A DNA stretch of 64,000 bases, from the NCBI GenBank assembly GCA_019828565.1, contig JAHDYR010000005.1, forward strand, positions 1,189,842-1,253,841, read 5' to 3'. Below are positions 42,971 to 53,658 of the stretch, in pieces. Both the position numbers and the translations under genes were made by a program. The number at the start of each line of letters is the position of its first letter. Position 1 is the stretch's first letter. A model generated the notes under the pieces. It saw only the letters and a program-made list of their open reading frames with translations, had not been told where the DNA came from and searched no databases. Origin of the DNA: Carpediemonas membranifera BICM. Its lineage: Eukaryota > Protista > Fornicata.

Positions 42971-43043
42971 GCTTCCATAGCTCAGTCGGTAGAGCGGCAG
43001 ACTGTTAATCTGTAGGTCGTTGGTTCGAGCCCAACTGGGAGCG
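42971..43043 (+). tRNA. tRNA-Asn (GTT)
   Basis: Cloverleaf: GCTTCCA/TGGGAGC acceptor, GCTC/GAGC D stem, GCAGA-CTGTTAA-TCTGT anticodon arm, GTTGG-TTCGAGC-CCAAC T arm; no CCA; TTTT downstream. Confidence 0.96.
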
Positions 43044-43049
43044 CAATTT

Positions 43050-45090
43050 TGACCATAATCAACTCGCCAGGCGCTAGACTAGGCTAGCCACCTAACTCAT
43101 ACTCCCAAAGGGGGGGGGTAAAGGATTTATTCTTCTCGGGCTCCTTTAGGCCCGATGTGCCTTCGGGCATTCGAAATTCTGATGCCATAAACTGCACGTT
43201 TCCGTGCGCCCTCTCGGGCGTCTCAGCACCCCGGGTGCCAATGGGCTCGAGTGGTACTCTTGCTGGCTAGATAACACAATCATTCCAAACGGCCCGACTC
43301 GCGGGCCACCTGACCCTCTACACTCTGTAGATCCAACGGGGTTGTCCCGCCGGCCGAGGAGATATCATTAACTCCTAGCTGTCACCTCCCGTGAGGTCGC
43401 AACAGCCTGCACCATAAACATCCCATCGAATGTTTACAGTGGCTTGCCCAAAAGAGACCTGGCGATGTCTCTCTGGACCGCGGGGTGCTGGCGGATGCCA
43501 TTGCCGGTGTACGCCAGCAGGCTCTTCGCGGAGCGCCAGTTCCCCAGTGCCATCAGCACGTGCTCAGGAGTGCCGGCGACGGCGAGCTCGGTCGCCGCGC
43601 CCTTTCTGAAGCTGTGCCAAGTGACGGAGTCGCCAAACACTGCTGCGATCCAGCGCCTCATTGCGCCTTCTGACAGCCCCTCTGTCTTGCTGATCGTGTC
43701 TCCGTTGACCTTCCTCCATAGTGAATCCGTGTCGCGCTTCGTGGCCAAGTTGACCCAAAGCTGGAGCGCCTTCGCGATGTTGAATGAGTCAAAGGTGGCG
43801 TTGACCACGAGCTTCTTCACCTCTGTGGTAGTCTTGGTGCGTGCCATGAACAGCGTCGCGTCGCCCTCTGGGCTGAACGTCACGTCTCCCCTCGTCAGTG
43901 TGAAGATTTCCTTGCCGCGGCTGACAGTTTGGAAGCAGAGTGCGGCGAACAAGACCGCCTGGAACGTCTTCGGATCTTGTTTCCAACGTCGGAAACCCGA
44001 CCGGATTATGTCGCTCGTCACCGGTCGAGCCCCGCCAGTCAGTCTGGTGGTGGATGCTACGTTGCGGACTGATCGGATGATCTCGCTGCTGTCCTGCGGG
44101 GGGGTCCAGTCGCAGATCAGTGGGGCCGCTTTGCAAATCCAGTGTCCCTTCTTGCCGATCGTGTCGGGCCCCGAGGTCTTGGCTTCGCTCATGAGGTGCT
44201 GCCTGAGCTGCGCCGCGTGTGATAGCGTGGTGTCTCTCGACGCGTTGAACTTGACGAGGTTGCCCGCGACTGCCCTGCGTGACGCCTCTAGGCTCAGATG
44301 TGAGAGCCTGTCGTGGTGGAGGAGGAACTCGAAGTCCTGATGATCATCGCGATGAGCCTTATCCTGCCCCTCTCGGCCAGCCGCGACAGCTCGGAGTCCG
44401 ACAGAAGATCTTGGTTCACTCTGAAGTACATCTTGGGAACTGATGAGAGGGCTAGCAAGCGGCGGAGTTCTGGTGACGGGATGTCCGGAGTCACTATTAT
44501 CGCAGCTGACCTCCACGTCTGAGGGGATCCAGTCTGGGTCGGCGACCGAATCGTCCGAATATGCAGATATGTCGCTGGAATCATCGCTACTGGAGGAGCT
44601 GCGAAGACTCTCATCCCCGTCCAGTCCCGAGACAGGCCGTGTTCTGCGAGAGTCCATCCGTGCTGAGCGAATCCTGGGAGGGCCAGGCGGCGAGTGGGAG
44701 CGGCGGTCGCGTCGACCTGCACTGGTCCCCAGTTGCGCTGGATTCGCTCGAGGACTGAACGCGGGGTCGACCACTCGAGCTTCATGAACCGGCTCAGCCT
44801 GTCCGGCTCCACGTTGAGGTGTCCTGCGATGTGAAGACATTGAGCCACGAGGTTTCTGCTGTCGAGGTGTTGTTGCAGCTCGTGGAGTAGGCTCATGACT
44901 GTCTGGTCTGCTCTTGTCGATCCGCCCTTGTTGACCCACGAGACTACGGCCGAGTTGTCGCAGAAAACTGTCAGGGTGCGCACCTGCGAAATCCAAATTT
45001 CTGCGCCACGACTGACATAAACTGCCCGAGGCATCGACACCCCAGGCGTCCACGGTTCTGTGTAGAACCCTCCACAAAGTGGCTCGCTAG
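43050..45090 (-). mobile_element. 5'-truncated YR retroelement W (RNase H/MT-like plus YR); boundaries approximate
   Basis: 44294-45040: FCDNSAVVSW..NVEPDRLSR..DWTGMRVFAAPP; overlapping YR ORF. Confidence 0.85.
43434..44400 (-). CDS. Tyrosine recombinase of element W (true start uncertain)
   Basis: TVSRGKEI, HSFRKG, GNW, AY. Confidence 0.88.
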
Positions 45091-45667
45091 CTTGACTGGC
45101 AAGCCTTTCTCACATACTACGCTTGATATCCAACGGGGGGGGAGAAGATTTACTTTAGAAACCCCGGTCTCCGAAGTAAATATTCGGGACTTACCTGCGC
45201 TCCGGCAACCTATGTAAGTCGAACGTGCTCATCTTACCGGATGAGCCGTACATCGGCCTTGGCCGATGCGGGCAGACGGGTTGTACATCCCCTTCCACGT
45301 CTTTCCTCTTTCAATCAGGCGTTGTAGGGTAGCCCGAATGCCCAGATGTCCTTGTAAACCCCCATGTATGCTTTCGATCAGGTCAGTATGGCTCGTATCG
45401 GCACTTTGTAGGTGTACTAGACGGGACAAGCCGTCTGCACCGCCGTTGGCCACTCCTGGTACGTGTTCCACGGAATAGTTGAATCGTGCCATGGCCAGAT
45501 GCCACCTAACCACCTTAGCGTTGGCAGAGGTGGCCAGGTAGAGCAGATTTTTGTGGTCAGTGCGCACAACGAACTCTCGTCCGATCAGTAGTCGCTCTGC
45601 CTTCTGCATTGCGAAATAAATCGCGAACGCCTCCTTCTCATACGTCGACCATCGGCGTTGAGTAGCG

Positions 45668-45744
45668 AAAGAAAGAAAGAAATTTACGTTTGCCTGGTAT
45701 CAGGCCCCGGACTGAGCTTGCTTTCCCATTATCCTGGAGCTGAG
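45668..45744 (-). mobile_element. 77-bp 5'-truncated LINE stub in Gypsy-3 RNase H
   Basis: 16-bp TSD TCGGCGTTGAG(T/A)AGCG at 45652-45667 and 45745-45760; (TTTC)n tail. Confidence 0.85.
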
Positions 45745-46665
45745 TCGGCGTTGAGAAGCGTCGAATGTCTTCGAGTAAAAGGCGATCGGACTGGGACCTG
45801 ACGCGGATTCTTGCATCAGTACGGCACCTGCTGCGACATCACTTGCGTCGGTCTGCAATATCAGCTTCGACCCAGGCTTGGGGTGTACGAGCATTCTGTT
45901 GTCCAGCAGGCAGGTCTTGACGCGCTCAAATGCGTCTTGTTGGTCTGGTCCCCACTCAAACTTCCTGTTGGCCCGGGTGAGGGCCGCAAGGGGCTCAGTT
46001 ATGTCCGCGTAGCGCTCAATCATGGGGCGGAAGTAGTTAACAGTCCCCAAGAGCGTACGAAGCGTCGACAGGTCACGGGGGGGCGCAAGATCGTGAATTC
46101 CTTGCAGGCTATCCTCTGCGATCCTCTTGCCGTCGGCGCTAACGGTCCATCCTAGATAATCGATCTCGGACGCAGCGAAGATGCACTTCTTCGCATTGAG
46201 ACGGAGTCCTCGAGCGTGGAGTTTTCCGAGAACGGTCTCCAGGCGACGTAGAAATTCGGTTTTGTCCCGGCCGTAGACCACTACGTCGTCCACGTACACC
46301 AAACAGGGCCCGTTGGCAGTACGCTGCAGCATTTTTTAGCCCAAAGGGTATCCTCGTATAACAGTATTTGACACCGTCAACGATAAAGGCCGTCATATCC
46401 TGGCATTCGCGTTTCAACGGGATTTAAAGAAACGCCTTGCTCAAATCAAGGGCTGCAAAGTATGAGTTGCCCTGCAGCCTCTCTACGAGGTCGTCTATTA
46501 GAGGCAAGGGGTGGGTCAGGTCAGTCGTGATCTCGTTCAGACGTCTAAAGTCAAGGCACACGCGACGTGTACGGTCCCGCTTCCAAGCTAACACAACCGG
46601 GTTGTTGTACTGGCTCTCGGAACGTCTTATAACCGCCATGTTGCAAAGCTCCTCGACCTGCCGCT

Positions 46666-48057
46666 TCATCTCTTCCACTTCGCCCTCGCCGTAGCGGTAG
46701 GGCGGTACGTTGACCACTCTGTCATGTCGAAGGTCCAACCCGAATGGCTCCACATCGGCCGGCTCATCAATACCTCCGAACAACCCCCTAGCTTCGCTAA
46801 CACCTCTTCGACCTCCACGGTCAGGTCCATTATCACCGGCTTGGCATCATTGGTCTTCTGCGCGCTCGACAGGTAGACTTCTTCGTCAAACTCATCGCCC
46901 TCCAGCTCCAGGAACGTCTTGGTCCCTTCTCCAGCTGTTGGTAGATGGATTTCCACCAAGCCCAAGGCCGTTAGCGTCGGGAATCCGAACACTATCTGCG
47001 GCTTAAGCCTCGGTAGGATGTAGAGTACTAGCTTCGCCGTAGTACGGCGTCCTGTCTTCGGAATAACTCCTAGATCGATGTTGACTTCGATCTTCTCATG
47101 CACGTTGTAAACCGTCCCGCCTTGCAATCGAACCTTCACATTTGTGGGGATAATTTCATCCGCGAACCCCAACTCGTCGATCAACGTCTTGTCGACAAAA
47201 TCTGCGTCGGCCCCGGTGTCTAGCAATGTGTTAACGTCGCGACCGTCTACACACACCACGGCTTCAGGACGCTTCGCGGTCCCCTGGGCGACCAAAGAGG
47301 AAGAAGACAGAGAGAAACAAGCCTGAGTTTTTACACCCTTCTTGCGTTCGTCCCTCTGCTTCTTCCAGCACTTTGTGGCATCGTGGCCCACCTTGTTGCA
47401 GTAGGGGCACTTGGTAGACGCCTTGTCTTCATGCTTCTTCTTGGTCTTCTCGCCCTTCGACTCAACTGACTGACGCTGCGCCTCACGTCTACCCTTCTCA
47501 GCCTCCAGGGCTAGCTCAAAAGCCACCTTCATGGTCTCCTCCAGATCCTTGCTCTTCTTCTTGGCGCCGATTCGCTCTCTCAGGACTTGATAGCGGACTC
47601 CCGCGACGAACGCCTCCACGAGTTGCTTGGCTTGAGGCTGCAGCTCGCCGAAGTAGGAACACGTCTCCTTGAATTTCAGCACGTAATCGGCCATGTTCTC
47701 GACGAGATTGCCCGACTCGGGGCAATTCAGCTTCTTCAGCCATTCGATGGCCTCTAGCTCGTCGAGAGGTTGGAACATCTTGTTAATTAGGTCGATAAAC
47801 TCCTCGTTCCACTCCGTCTCACGATCGGGGTCATGCTCATCCATCGGTTCATCCACCACCTGGAGAAAAGAGCCCAGCATGGGAGAACGGCACTTAAACG
47901 TTTCGAGCACTTCGTTTGACACCAGGTCGAAAATAGCAATCGGATCACGGCACATAGCGGCATAAGCACGCCAGGACTTAACCATATGGCGCCACTCCGC
48001 CACAGAGACCTTATTAAGGTAGGGTGCGTAGTTCAGTACTGTTTCCGGTACTACCAT
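46666..48057 (-). CDS. Gypsy-3 gag-protease
   Basis: CCHC knuckle, DTGA. Confidence 0.88.
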   Translation of the reverse strand: MVVPETVLNYAPYLNKVSVAEWRHMVKSWRAYAAMCRDPIAIFDLVSNEVLETFKCRSPMLGSFLQVVDEPMDEHDPDRETEWNEEFIDLINKMFQPLDELEAIEWLKKLNCPESGNLVENMADYVLKFKETCSYFGELQPQAKQLVEAFVAGVRYQVLRERIGAKKKSKDLEETMKVAFELALEAEKGRREAQRQSVESKGEKTKKKHEDKASTKCPYCNKVGHDATKCWKKQRDERKKGVKTQACFSLSSSSLVAQGTAKRPEAVVCVDGRDVNTLLDTGADADFVDKTLIDELGFADEIIPTNVKVRLQGGTVYNVHEKIEVNIDLGVIPKTGRRTTAKLVLYILPRLKPQIVFGFPTLTALGLVEIHLPTAGEGTKTFLELEGDEFDEEVYLSSAQKTNDAKPVIMDLTVEVEEVLAKLGGCSEVLMSRPMWSHSGWTFDMTEWSTYRPTATARAKWKR

Positions 48058-48136
48058 GGCAATATATATTGTTGCAGCAGGAAACACAGAGAGTGATTTA
48101 ATTGATCCGGGGTAAATCAGTCATCAATTGATTACA

Positions 48137-49278
48137 ACAACTACCTTTTCAACCTTGAAGACGGTGGATTACTCATTGACTTCGGCTCTGCCATCAAAAT
48201 AGAGGCTCCTACTGGGATTAACAGGTATATGGGACAAGACATGAGAGGGACACCTGGTTTTATCCCCCCCGAGCTTCGTGCCGACGAGCTCAGTCGGAAA
48301 TCGAAGCATTGTACAGTAGCTATGCGGGAACCACAGAATTTGAACCCCTTCCAGGCTTCCAGGAACACCACAACCAGAAACACCAACATGCACACAGTTG
48401 ATGCGGCATACGACATCTTTTCCTGCGGCGTTATCGTCCTCATGATGGCATTGAGACTGGATAAGTCTCCATTTCGATCTGTGCGAGTGGATGGTGGCAA
48501 ACCAAGTAACCCAGACGAGCATATTGGCGCTCTATATAACATGGCGTACTTCTATGGCCGCGGAATCAAGATACACAACAAGAAGAAGAATGCAGCCCGT
48601 GGTTTGATGATCAATCCGACTCTCTGCACGAGAGGAAGCCCTCCGACACCGTATAGGAGCCTTTACGACCTTGCAATGGGGATGCTCAGCTATAATCCGG
48701 AGGATAGACCCACAGCTTTGATGTGCGCTGAACATCTCAACGATATCGCCGCCCTAGCAGTAACGTTCGCATCTACACCACTGATGATCAACGAACAGGT
48801 GACAATCTCTCAGGAAACGCTCGCTGCCGCCAAACTCACCGTTGAAGCACTTCGAGATACCCGATTTGCTGGCCGATGCATTGCATGTGGCATGTCGGTT
48901 CACGATAGTCGAGCACTAACCTGCAAGACACACCACCAAGATTAGCTACTAAACGCTGAAAGGCGGATCAAAAAGAAGCATCAAAATTCAACTGCCCAGC
49001 GGAGCAGGTTCGTCAAGTGGCCGGAGATGCCGCTTCCAGTCAAGCGAATGCCCTACAGCTCACCATTTCCGTCCCCGCAGCTGTATCCATCCCCCACTCC
49101 GCCTTCAACGACAGCCCCCGCCACGCCTCTTGCAAGTCCGCCTCCATCTCCTGTCCGCAGTTTACCGCCCAGTATCGAATCACCTCACTACCATGATTCA
49201 ATTGATGAGCACATTTACCCAAGCTCTATTTCTTCTACCGGCGGTGATGGTGGATCAAAGCACTTGACTACGCGGTAA
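48137..49278 (+). pseudogene. Protein kinase C-lobe plus CxxC module and Pro-rich tail; N-lobe cut off by Gypsy-3; in-frame TAG at 48943
   Basis: NYL..LIDFG..GTPGFIPPE..DIFSCGV..YNPEDRPTA; FAGRCIACG. Confidence 0.8.
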
Positions 49279-49762
49279 ACATCATATATATGGCTTTCGT
49301 TCCATGTCCAGACTGAACAATAACCTTCTTACACATTGGGTAAATCAGAACCTCGAGCTCTATCCTGGACCGCGGGTGAAACTCATATCTCGCACCGTTA
49401 GTGAGGTACAATGAGACTAAAGCATCATCGACGATTGCGACTTCACACTTCCTCTTTTCCTTGCACCAGGAGCCAATGGGATCATCATCACTCAATGTGT
49501 CATGATGCGTAACGGTACCAGAGACAACGTAGTTCAACACTCGAAGAAGGCCGTCAGTGCCAGTTTGACCTGAGGCACATTCTTCTCGAGTGTAGGACGC
49601 TCTTATGTCCGCAAGCAAGGCGCCATGGTCGCGATAGAGCATCTTCTTAATACTCATGATCTTATCGTTCCTCTCAGCGCTTTCCGTGTTGCTCATTGCA
49701 AGTTGCTCAAGCATGCGACAAACCCAAAATTGATAGATTACGTTAGGACGATTGGAATACAT
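49268..49762 (-). CDS. Hypothetical protein
   Basis: Open frame only; no motif recognised. Confidence 0.35.
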   Translation of the reverse strand: MYSNRPNVIYQFWVCRMLEQLAMSNTESAERNDKIMSIKKMLYRDHGALLADIRASYTREECASGQTGTDGLLRVLNYVVSGTVTHHDTLSDDDPIGSWCKEKRKCEVAIVDDALVSLYLTNGARYEFHPRSRIELEVLIYPMCKKVIVQSGHGTKAIYMMFTA

Positions 49763-49787
49763 TTCCTTACATGTAAATGACAGAAAA

Positions 49788-50345
49788 ATGGCTAGAACGA
49801 AACAAACGGCCAAGAAGAGGCAGCAGGAGCACCAACAAAACAAGCGATTGGAAGGTAAGCTCCTCTCACGCCATCGGTTGTCTTTGCCAACCAATGCTAA
49901 GGCCGTTTTCACCACCAACGCCATGATCTTGAAGAATGCTGCTGATTATGGCATTGACAGTCAAATCAAACGTCTCACTGGCCATTTCGATATCAATGTC
50001 GTCGAACGCCTGAATGGTACCGTCATGAGACGCTTAAGAGCGCTCCTGCTGGACGCCCGCGACGACAACTGGCCCGCATACCTGCCCATCGCCCAGCACG
50101 TTATCAACGCCACCCGCCACTCCACCACAGGCCTCAGCCCCTTCGAACTATTGTTCGGACGCAAGTCAACCATGCTGCGCGTCGCGCCCGACGCCCTGAC
50201 CAACGCAACCCAGATGCTCGAGCCTGGCTCAGTCGAAGCCGACGGCATCGTCCGCTTCCAGGCCTGTGGTACCCAAACAATTGAGAGAGTGAAATTTAGA
50301 AGCAGGTTTGAGATCATTGACCAAATAAGACTGATCATTAAATGA
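49788..50345 (+). CDS. ORF with histone H3-like N-terminus (MARTKQTAKK), fused in frame to a 264-bp Gypsy-1 integrase fragment
   Basis: 9/10 identity to H3 MARTKQTARK; no histone fold seen; 50001-50264 matches 8658-8921. Confidence 0.55.
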   Translation: MARTKQTAKKRQQEHQQNKRLEGKLLSRHRLSLPTNAKAVFTTNAMILKNAADYGIDSQIKRLTGHFDINVVERLNGTVMRRLRALLLDARDDNWPAYLPIAQHVINATRHSTTGLSPFELLFGRKSTMLRVAPDALTNATQMLEPGSVEADGIVRFQACGTQTIERVKFRSRFEIIDQIRLIIK

Positions 50346-50545
50346 GGTCGTCATGACACTTCCCCCCATGATCCCAAACCGTCCACAAGCTCAAACGTGC
50401 CTCCCAACCGTCAGCAAAAATTCCAACGGTTCAAGTCCGGCGAAATGCAAAACCCGCCAGACCGACTCCAGTGAAGTCAAAAACGCAATTGAGCACAATA
50501 GTCTGAAGAACGCTGTTCTAAACGAACAAATAGCGCACAGAATGG

Positions 50546-52720
50546 TGTAGAACATAAGAAATAACCAATATCAGTAACTAGATTCCAACGTTCTGCTCTT
50601 CCCCCCCTAGGCTGCGGTCACCAACTGGGCAAAACCCCAAAATGAGCCGTTGGTTATTAGCGCTGCCTATAGGAAGCTAATTTCCTTTGACCTCGGAGTT
50701 TTCTGCGCAAACTCGGTTTGTCTGCGAGGTACTCCTCAAACGCCCTAAGTTCATCAAGGTCGGCGTTGAAGCGTTCCCATGTCGCCTCTTCCTCGAGGTA
50801 CCCCTCCCACAGCACATGTAGGTGAAGGACGCCGTCCTCAAATTTGTGAGAGTCGATCGCTTCTACGACATATTCGTCAACTCTCTGGGCCGCGAGCCGT
50901 GTCAACTCAGCCCTTGTCGCGTCAGACTCAAAATGTCTTAGACGCTCGGCATGGACCTTAGCCACTACGCCTGTCGTCAGGTTCTCCACGTAGTAAACGT
51001 TCGGCGACTCTGCGGGTCCCTGGCACCACATTGGCCCAGCCAGCTTCGTGCGGCGGCCGACAGTGGTCGTTACCAGCACTGGCTTGTTCGATAGGGCCAC
51101 GTGTGATGCTTCTGATGGTGTTTGTTGTTGCAGCGCCTGGTCTTGGATGACTCTCTGTAGTTCCAGGCTGCGCTTGAAGGCCTCAAATGGCATCTTGCTC
51201 TCATTGCTCATGATCTCTTCTGGTCTTACGACCACGTCTTGGTTATAAAGCAAATTCAGTGGCGATAGGCCTGTCCTGGCCACAGATGTTGAATTAATGA
51301 TGTACTGAGCCAAAGGTAGTAGCCGCGTCCATCTAAACTCCTGCAGATCGAGCATTAGCGTCTCTAGATGCCTCTTAACCTCGGCGTTGACCCTCTCAAC
51401 TATTCCTTGAGAACCCGGGCGGTAAGGCGTGCCGACGTGATGTTGCGACCCGAGCCTTTCCATTAGAGCGTCAATCAGCTTATTTCTATACTGGCTGCCC
51501 CCGTCGCTGTGAATCACCCGGGGAATTCCGTAGTGACCCACCCAGGCCAAAATTGCCCCTGCCGCGGCATCTGCGTCCGTCGAACGCGTGGGGACCAGCA
51601 TAGTTAGCTTCGAGTACGTGTCAATTAACACGCACACGTACCGCAGACCCTCGCTCTCCGCGATGGGTCCGATCGTGTCTACCTGCACGACATCAAACGG
51701 CAGGCGACCTGCCGTACGGTGGCGCAAGTGTTGGACGGGCTTGGCCGTCTTGCGCGTGACCTGGCACACAGGACACGACTGGACAAACTCCTCTGCGTCC
51801 TTATACATGCCCCTCCACCTCCTACCGAGCGATATAAGCTTGTTCACCGTCGCTCTCGCTCCGAGATGGCCGTGTATGCCTCCGTGAACCTCGGAGATCC
51901 ACGTGGCGTGATCATCTGCCTCGACTGTTGCACCGCATAGGCGAGATAGCGCGTCGGCAGCACCGTTCGCTTGACCAGGCACGTGTACGACGGAATAGTC
52001 GAACCTTTCCAGTGCCATGCGCCATCTAGTTACCTTAGCGTTCGTGCTTGTCGCGATATACAGCAAATTCCGGTGGTCCGTTCTCACAGTAAACGGCCTG
52101 CCTACTAGGAACCGCTCGGCCTTGATCATAGCGTAATAAATGCCGAAGCCTTCCTTTTCATAGGTGCTCCACCTTCTTTGAACATCCGATAGTGTCTTGG
52201 AATAGAAAGCAATCGGACGCTCCTCCCCGTCTTCGATCTGTAACAAAACTGCCCCGACAGCGTAGTCACTCGCGTCGGTTTGTAGGATTAATTGGCAGCC
52301 ACGCTTGGGGTGACTTAACATGTTGTTCTGAGATAGGGTCGCTTTGATGTCGACTAGGGCATCTTGTTGGGCCTTCTCCCAACGGAACTCTTCCTTGGCT
52401 CTCGTCAGAGCCAGGACTGGCTCCATCATATTGCCGTAGTTCGGAATCATATGGCTAAAATAGTTCGTGAACCCGAGTAAGGTTCTGACTCCGGCAACAT
52501 CTCTCGGGCTGGTTAGGCGGTCGATGCCTTCTAGGCGGTCAGGCGCGATTCGCTTGCCGTCGCCATTCACAAGCCAGCCCAAGTATTCTATTTCTGTCAG
52601 TCCGAACTCAGACTTGGACAGATTCAGCTTCAACTTGGCCAGTTGAGCTTTCTCAAGACATAGTCCAGATTGTCGAGGTACTCTCTCTGGTTCTCTCCGA
52701 ATATTACTATGTCGTCCATA
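50546..52720 (-). mobile_element. Gypsy-4 3' part (RT from YMDD, RH, IN, chromodomain, PPT, possible 52-bp LTR 50546-50597)
   Basis: pol ORF 50657-52633; PPT GGGGGGGAAG at 50598-50607; LTR call weak (starts AG, not TG). Confidence 0.85.
50657..52633 (-). CDS. Gypsy-4 pol (RT end, RNase H, integrase, chromodomain)
   Basis: QTDASD, TDHRNL, CPVC, SDGGSQY, SQGIVER, HVLWEGY. Confidence 0.93.
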   Translation of the reverse strand: MKLNLSKSEFGLTEIEYLGWLVNGDGKRIAPDRLEGIDRLTSPRDVAGVRTLLGFTNYFSHMIPNYGNMMEPVLALTRAKEEFRWEKAQQDALVDIKATLSQNNMLSHPKRGCQLILQTDASDYAVGAVLLQIEDGEERPIAFYSKTLSDVQRRWSTYEKEGFGIYYAMIKAERFLVGRPFTVRTDHRNLLYIATSTNAKVTRWRMALERFDYSVVHVPGQANGAADALSRLCGATVEADDHATWISEVHGGIHGHLGARATVNKLISLGRRWRGMYKDAEEFVQSCPVCQVTRKTAKPVQHLRHRTAGRLPFDVVQVDTIGPIAESEGLRYVCVLIDTYSKLTMLVPTRSTDADAAAGAILAWVGHYGIPRVIHSDGGSQYRNKLIDALMERLGSQHHVGTPYRPGSQGIVERVNAEVKRHLETLMLDLQEFRWTRLLPLAQYIINSTSVARTGLSPLNLLYNQDVVVRPEEIMSNESKMPFEAFKRSLELQRVIQDQALQQQTPSEASHVALSNKPVLVTTTVGRRTKLAGPMWCQGPAESPNVYYVENLTTGVVAKVHAERLRHFESDATRAELTRLAAQRVDEYVVEAIDSHKFEDGVLHLHVLWEGYLEEEATWERFNADLDELRAFEEYLADKPSLRRKLRGQRKLASYRQR

Positions 52721-53658
52721 CTGTCAACATCCCTAGATTATCTTTGCTAAACCCTAGATTATCTTCGACCTCAAAAAGCTAGATAATCTACGGTTGCAAG
52801 AAAAAATGAACTCGACGATGAGCCGGAGCTGGATCTTCAAAGTGGTATGGTAGTACTTGGCTATACCTAAGCAATACGCATGCGCAGTATCAAACTTTAA
52901 ATCCTGCTAGAAAAAAGTAACATAGGGACAAATTGGAATTGAGAGTTGAGACTCAAAAAACGGGCAGGGGGGAGGAAATGGTCCATAAGTACGCCTTATG
53001 GGTCGCTTCCTCCCCTCTGCCCCTTTTTTTATCGCAAAATCGATTTGCCGGATTTGACACATGTTTGATGTGATCAAAATGGATTTGATAGACATGGGTC
53101 CAGATCATGCAGTTGGCCATCCTGAAGCGCTAGGGCGGTCTGCAGACCGCAGCAATGCCTCTGCTGAATGCCCTTCGCCTGACGGACAGGACGCGCGTTG
53201 ACTCTAAAGGACTGCATGTTTCGGCATTAAAAGAAGGTGTGGAATACAACGGAGTCATCGCCGAACCGCTCCGACCAAGTCGGTTATTAGGACATCGCGT
53301 TCAGACGCCCTCTGCAATTACCAAGTCAATAGATGGGAGTCGACCTGATCAGCACGTCATTCGGGGTCTCAGGTGACCCTATAGCTGAGCTTGGCTGGGC
53401 TCTGCTGCGGCCATGGGCCGCTAGCGCGCTGCTTGGCTCTTTTTCTCCTCGTAAGGCGGCCGTAGAGGTCTGATCTGAGCCTCGTTATAATAGTCTGCCC
53501 GAGTAGAGGCCAGCCATACCATAAATGCCCCCCATTCCCCCCTCCCGGTCGCTCATACCTCCAAAATGGCCTATATTCCCTGTAGGAAGCTTAATAAGGG
53601 CGGATTTCCCATAAGTCGTGGCATAGAGGTGTAAACATATCCATTGACTCTGAATCTT

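Larger units (their letters stand above)
45280..48136 (-). mobile_element. 5' part of Gypsy-3 (5' LTR 48070-48136, gag-PR-RT-RH, several frameshifts)
   Basis: CPYCNKVGHDATKC, LLDTGA, LDLSKAF, YVDD, QTDAS, TDHKNL; LTR equals 365-431. Confidence 0.9.

Noticed and set aside
43434-45077. 547-aa YR with a long N-terminal domain
   Set aside because: The N-terminal half overlaps the RNase H/MT frame, as usual for DIRS-order elements, and starts at a truncation point; the true start cannot be fixed.
365-48136. One giant Gypsy-3 element spanning both identical 67-bp LTRs
   Set aside because: The flanks are not a direct TSD (TTGT vs ACAA), and the two halves overlap by about 43 bp with a mismatch, indicating two separate copies.
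49788-50345. Bona fide histone H3 gene
   Set aside because: Similarity stops after about 10 residues; no KAPRK, YRPG or histone-fold sequence.
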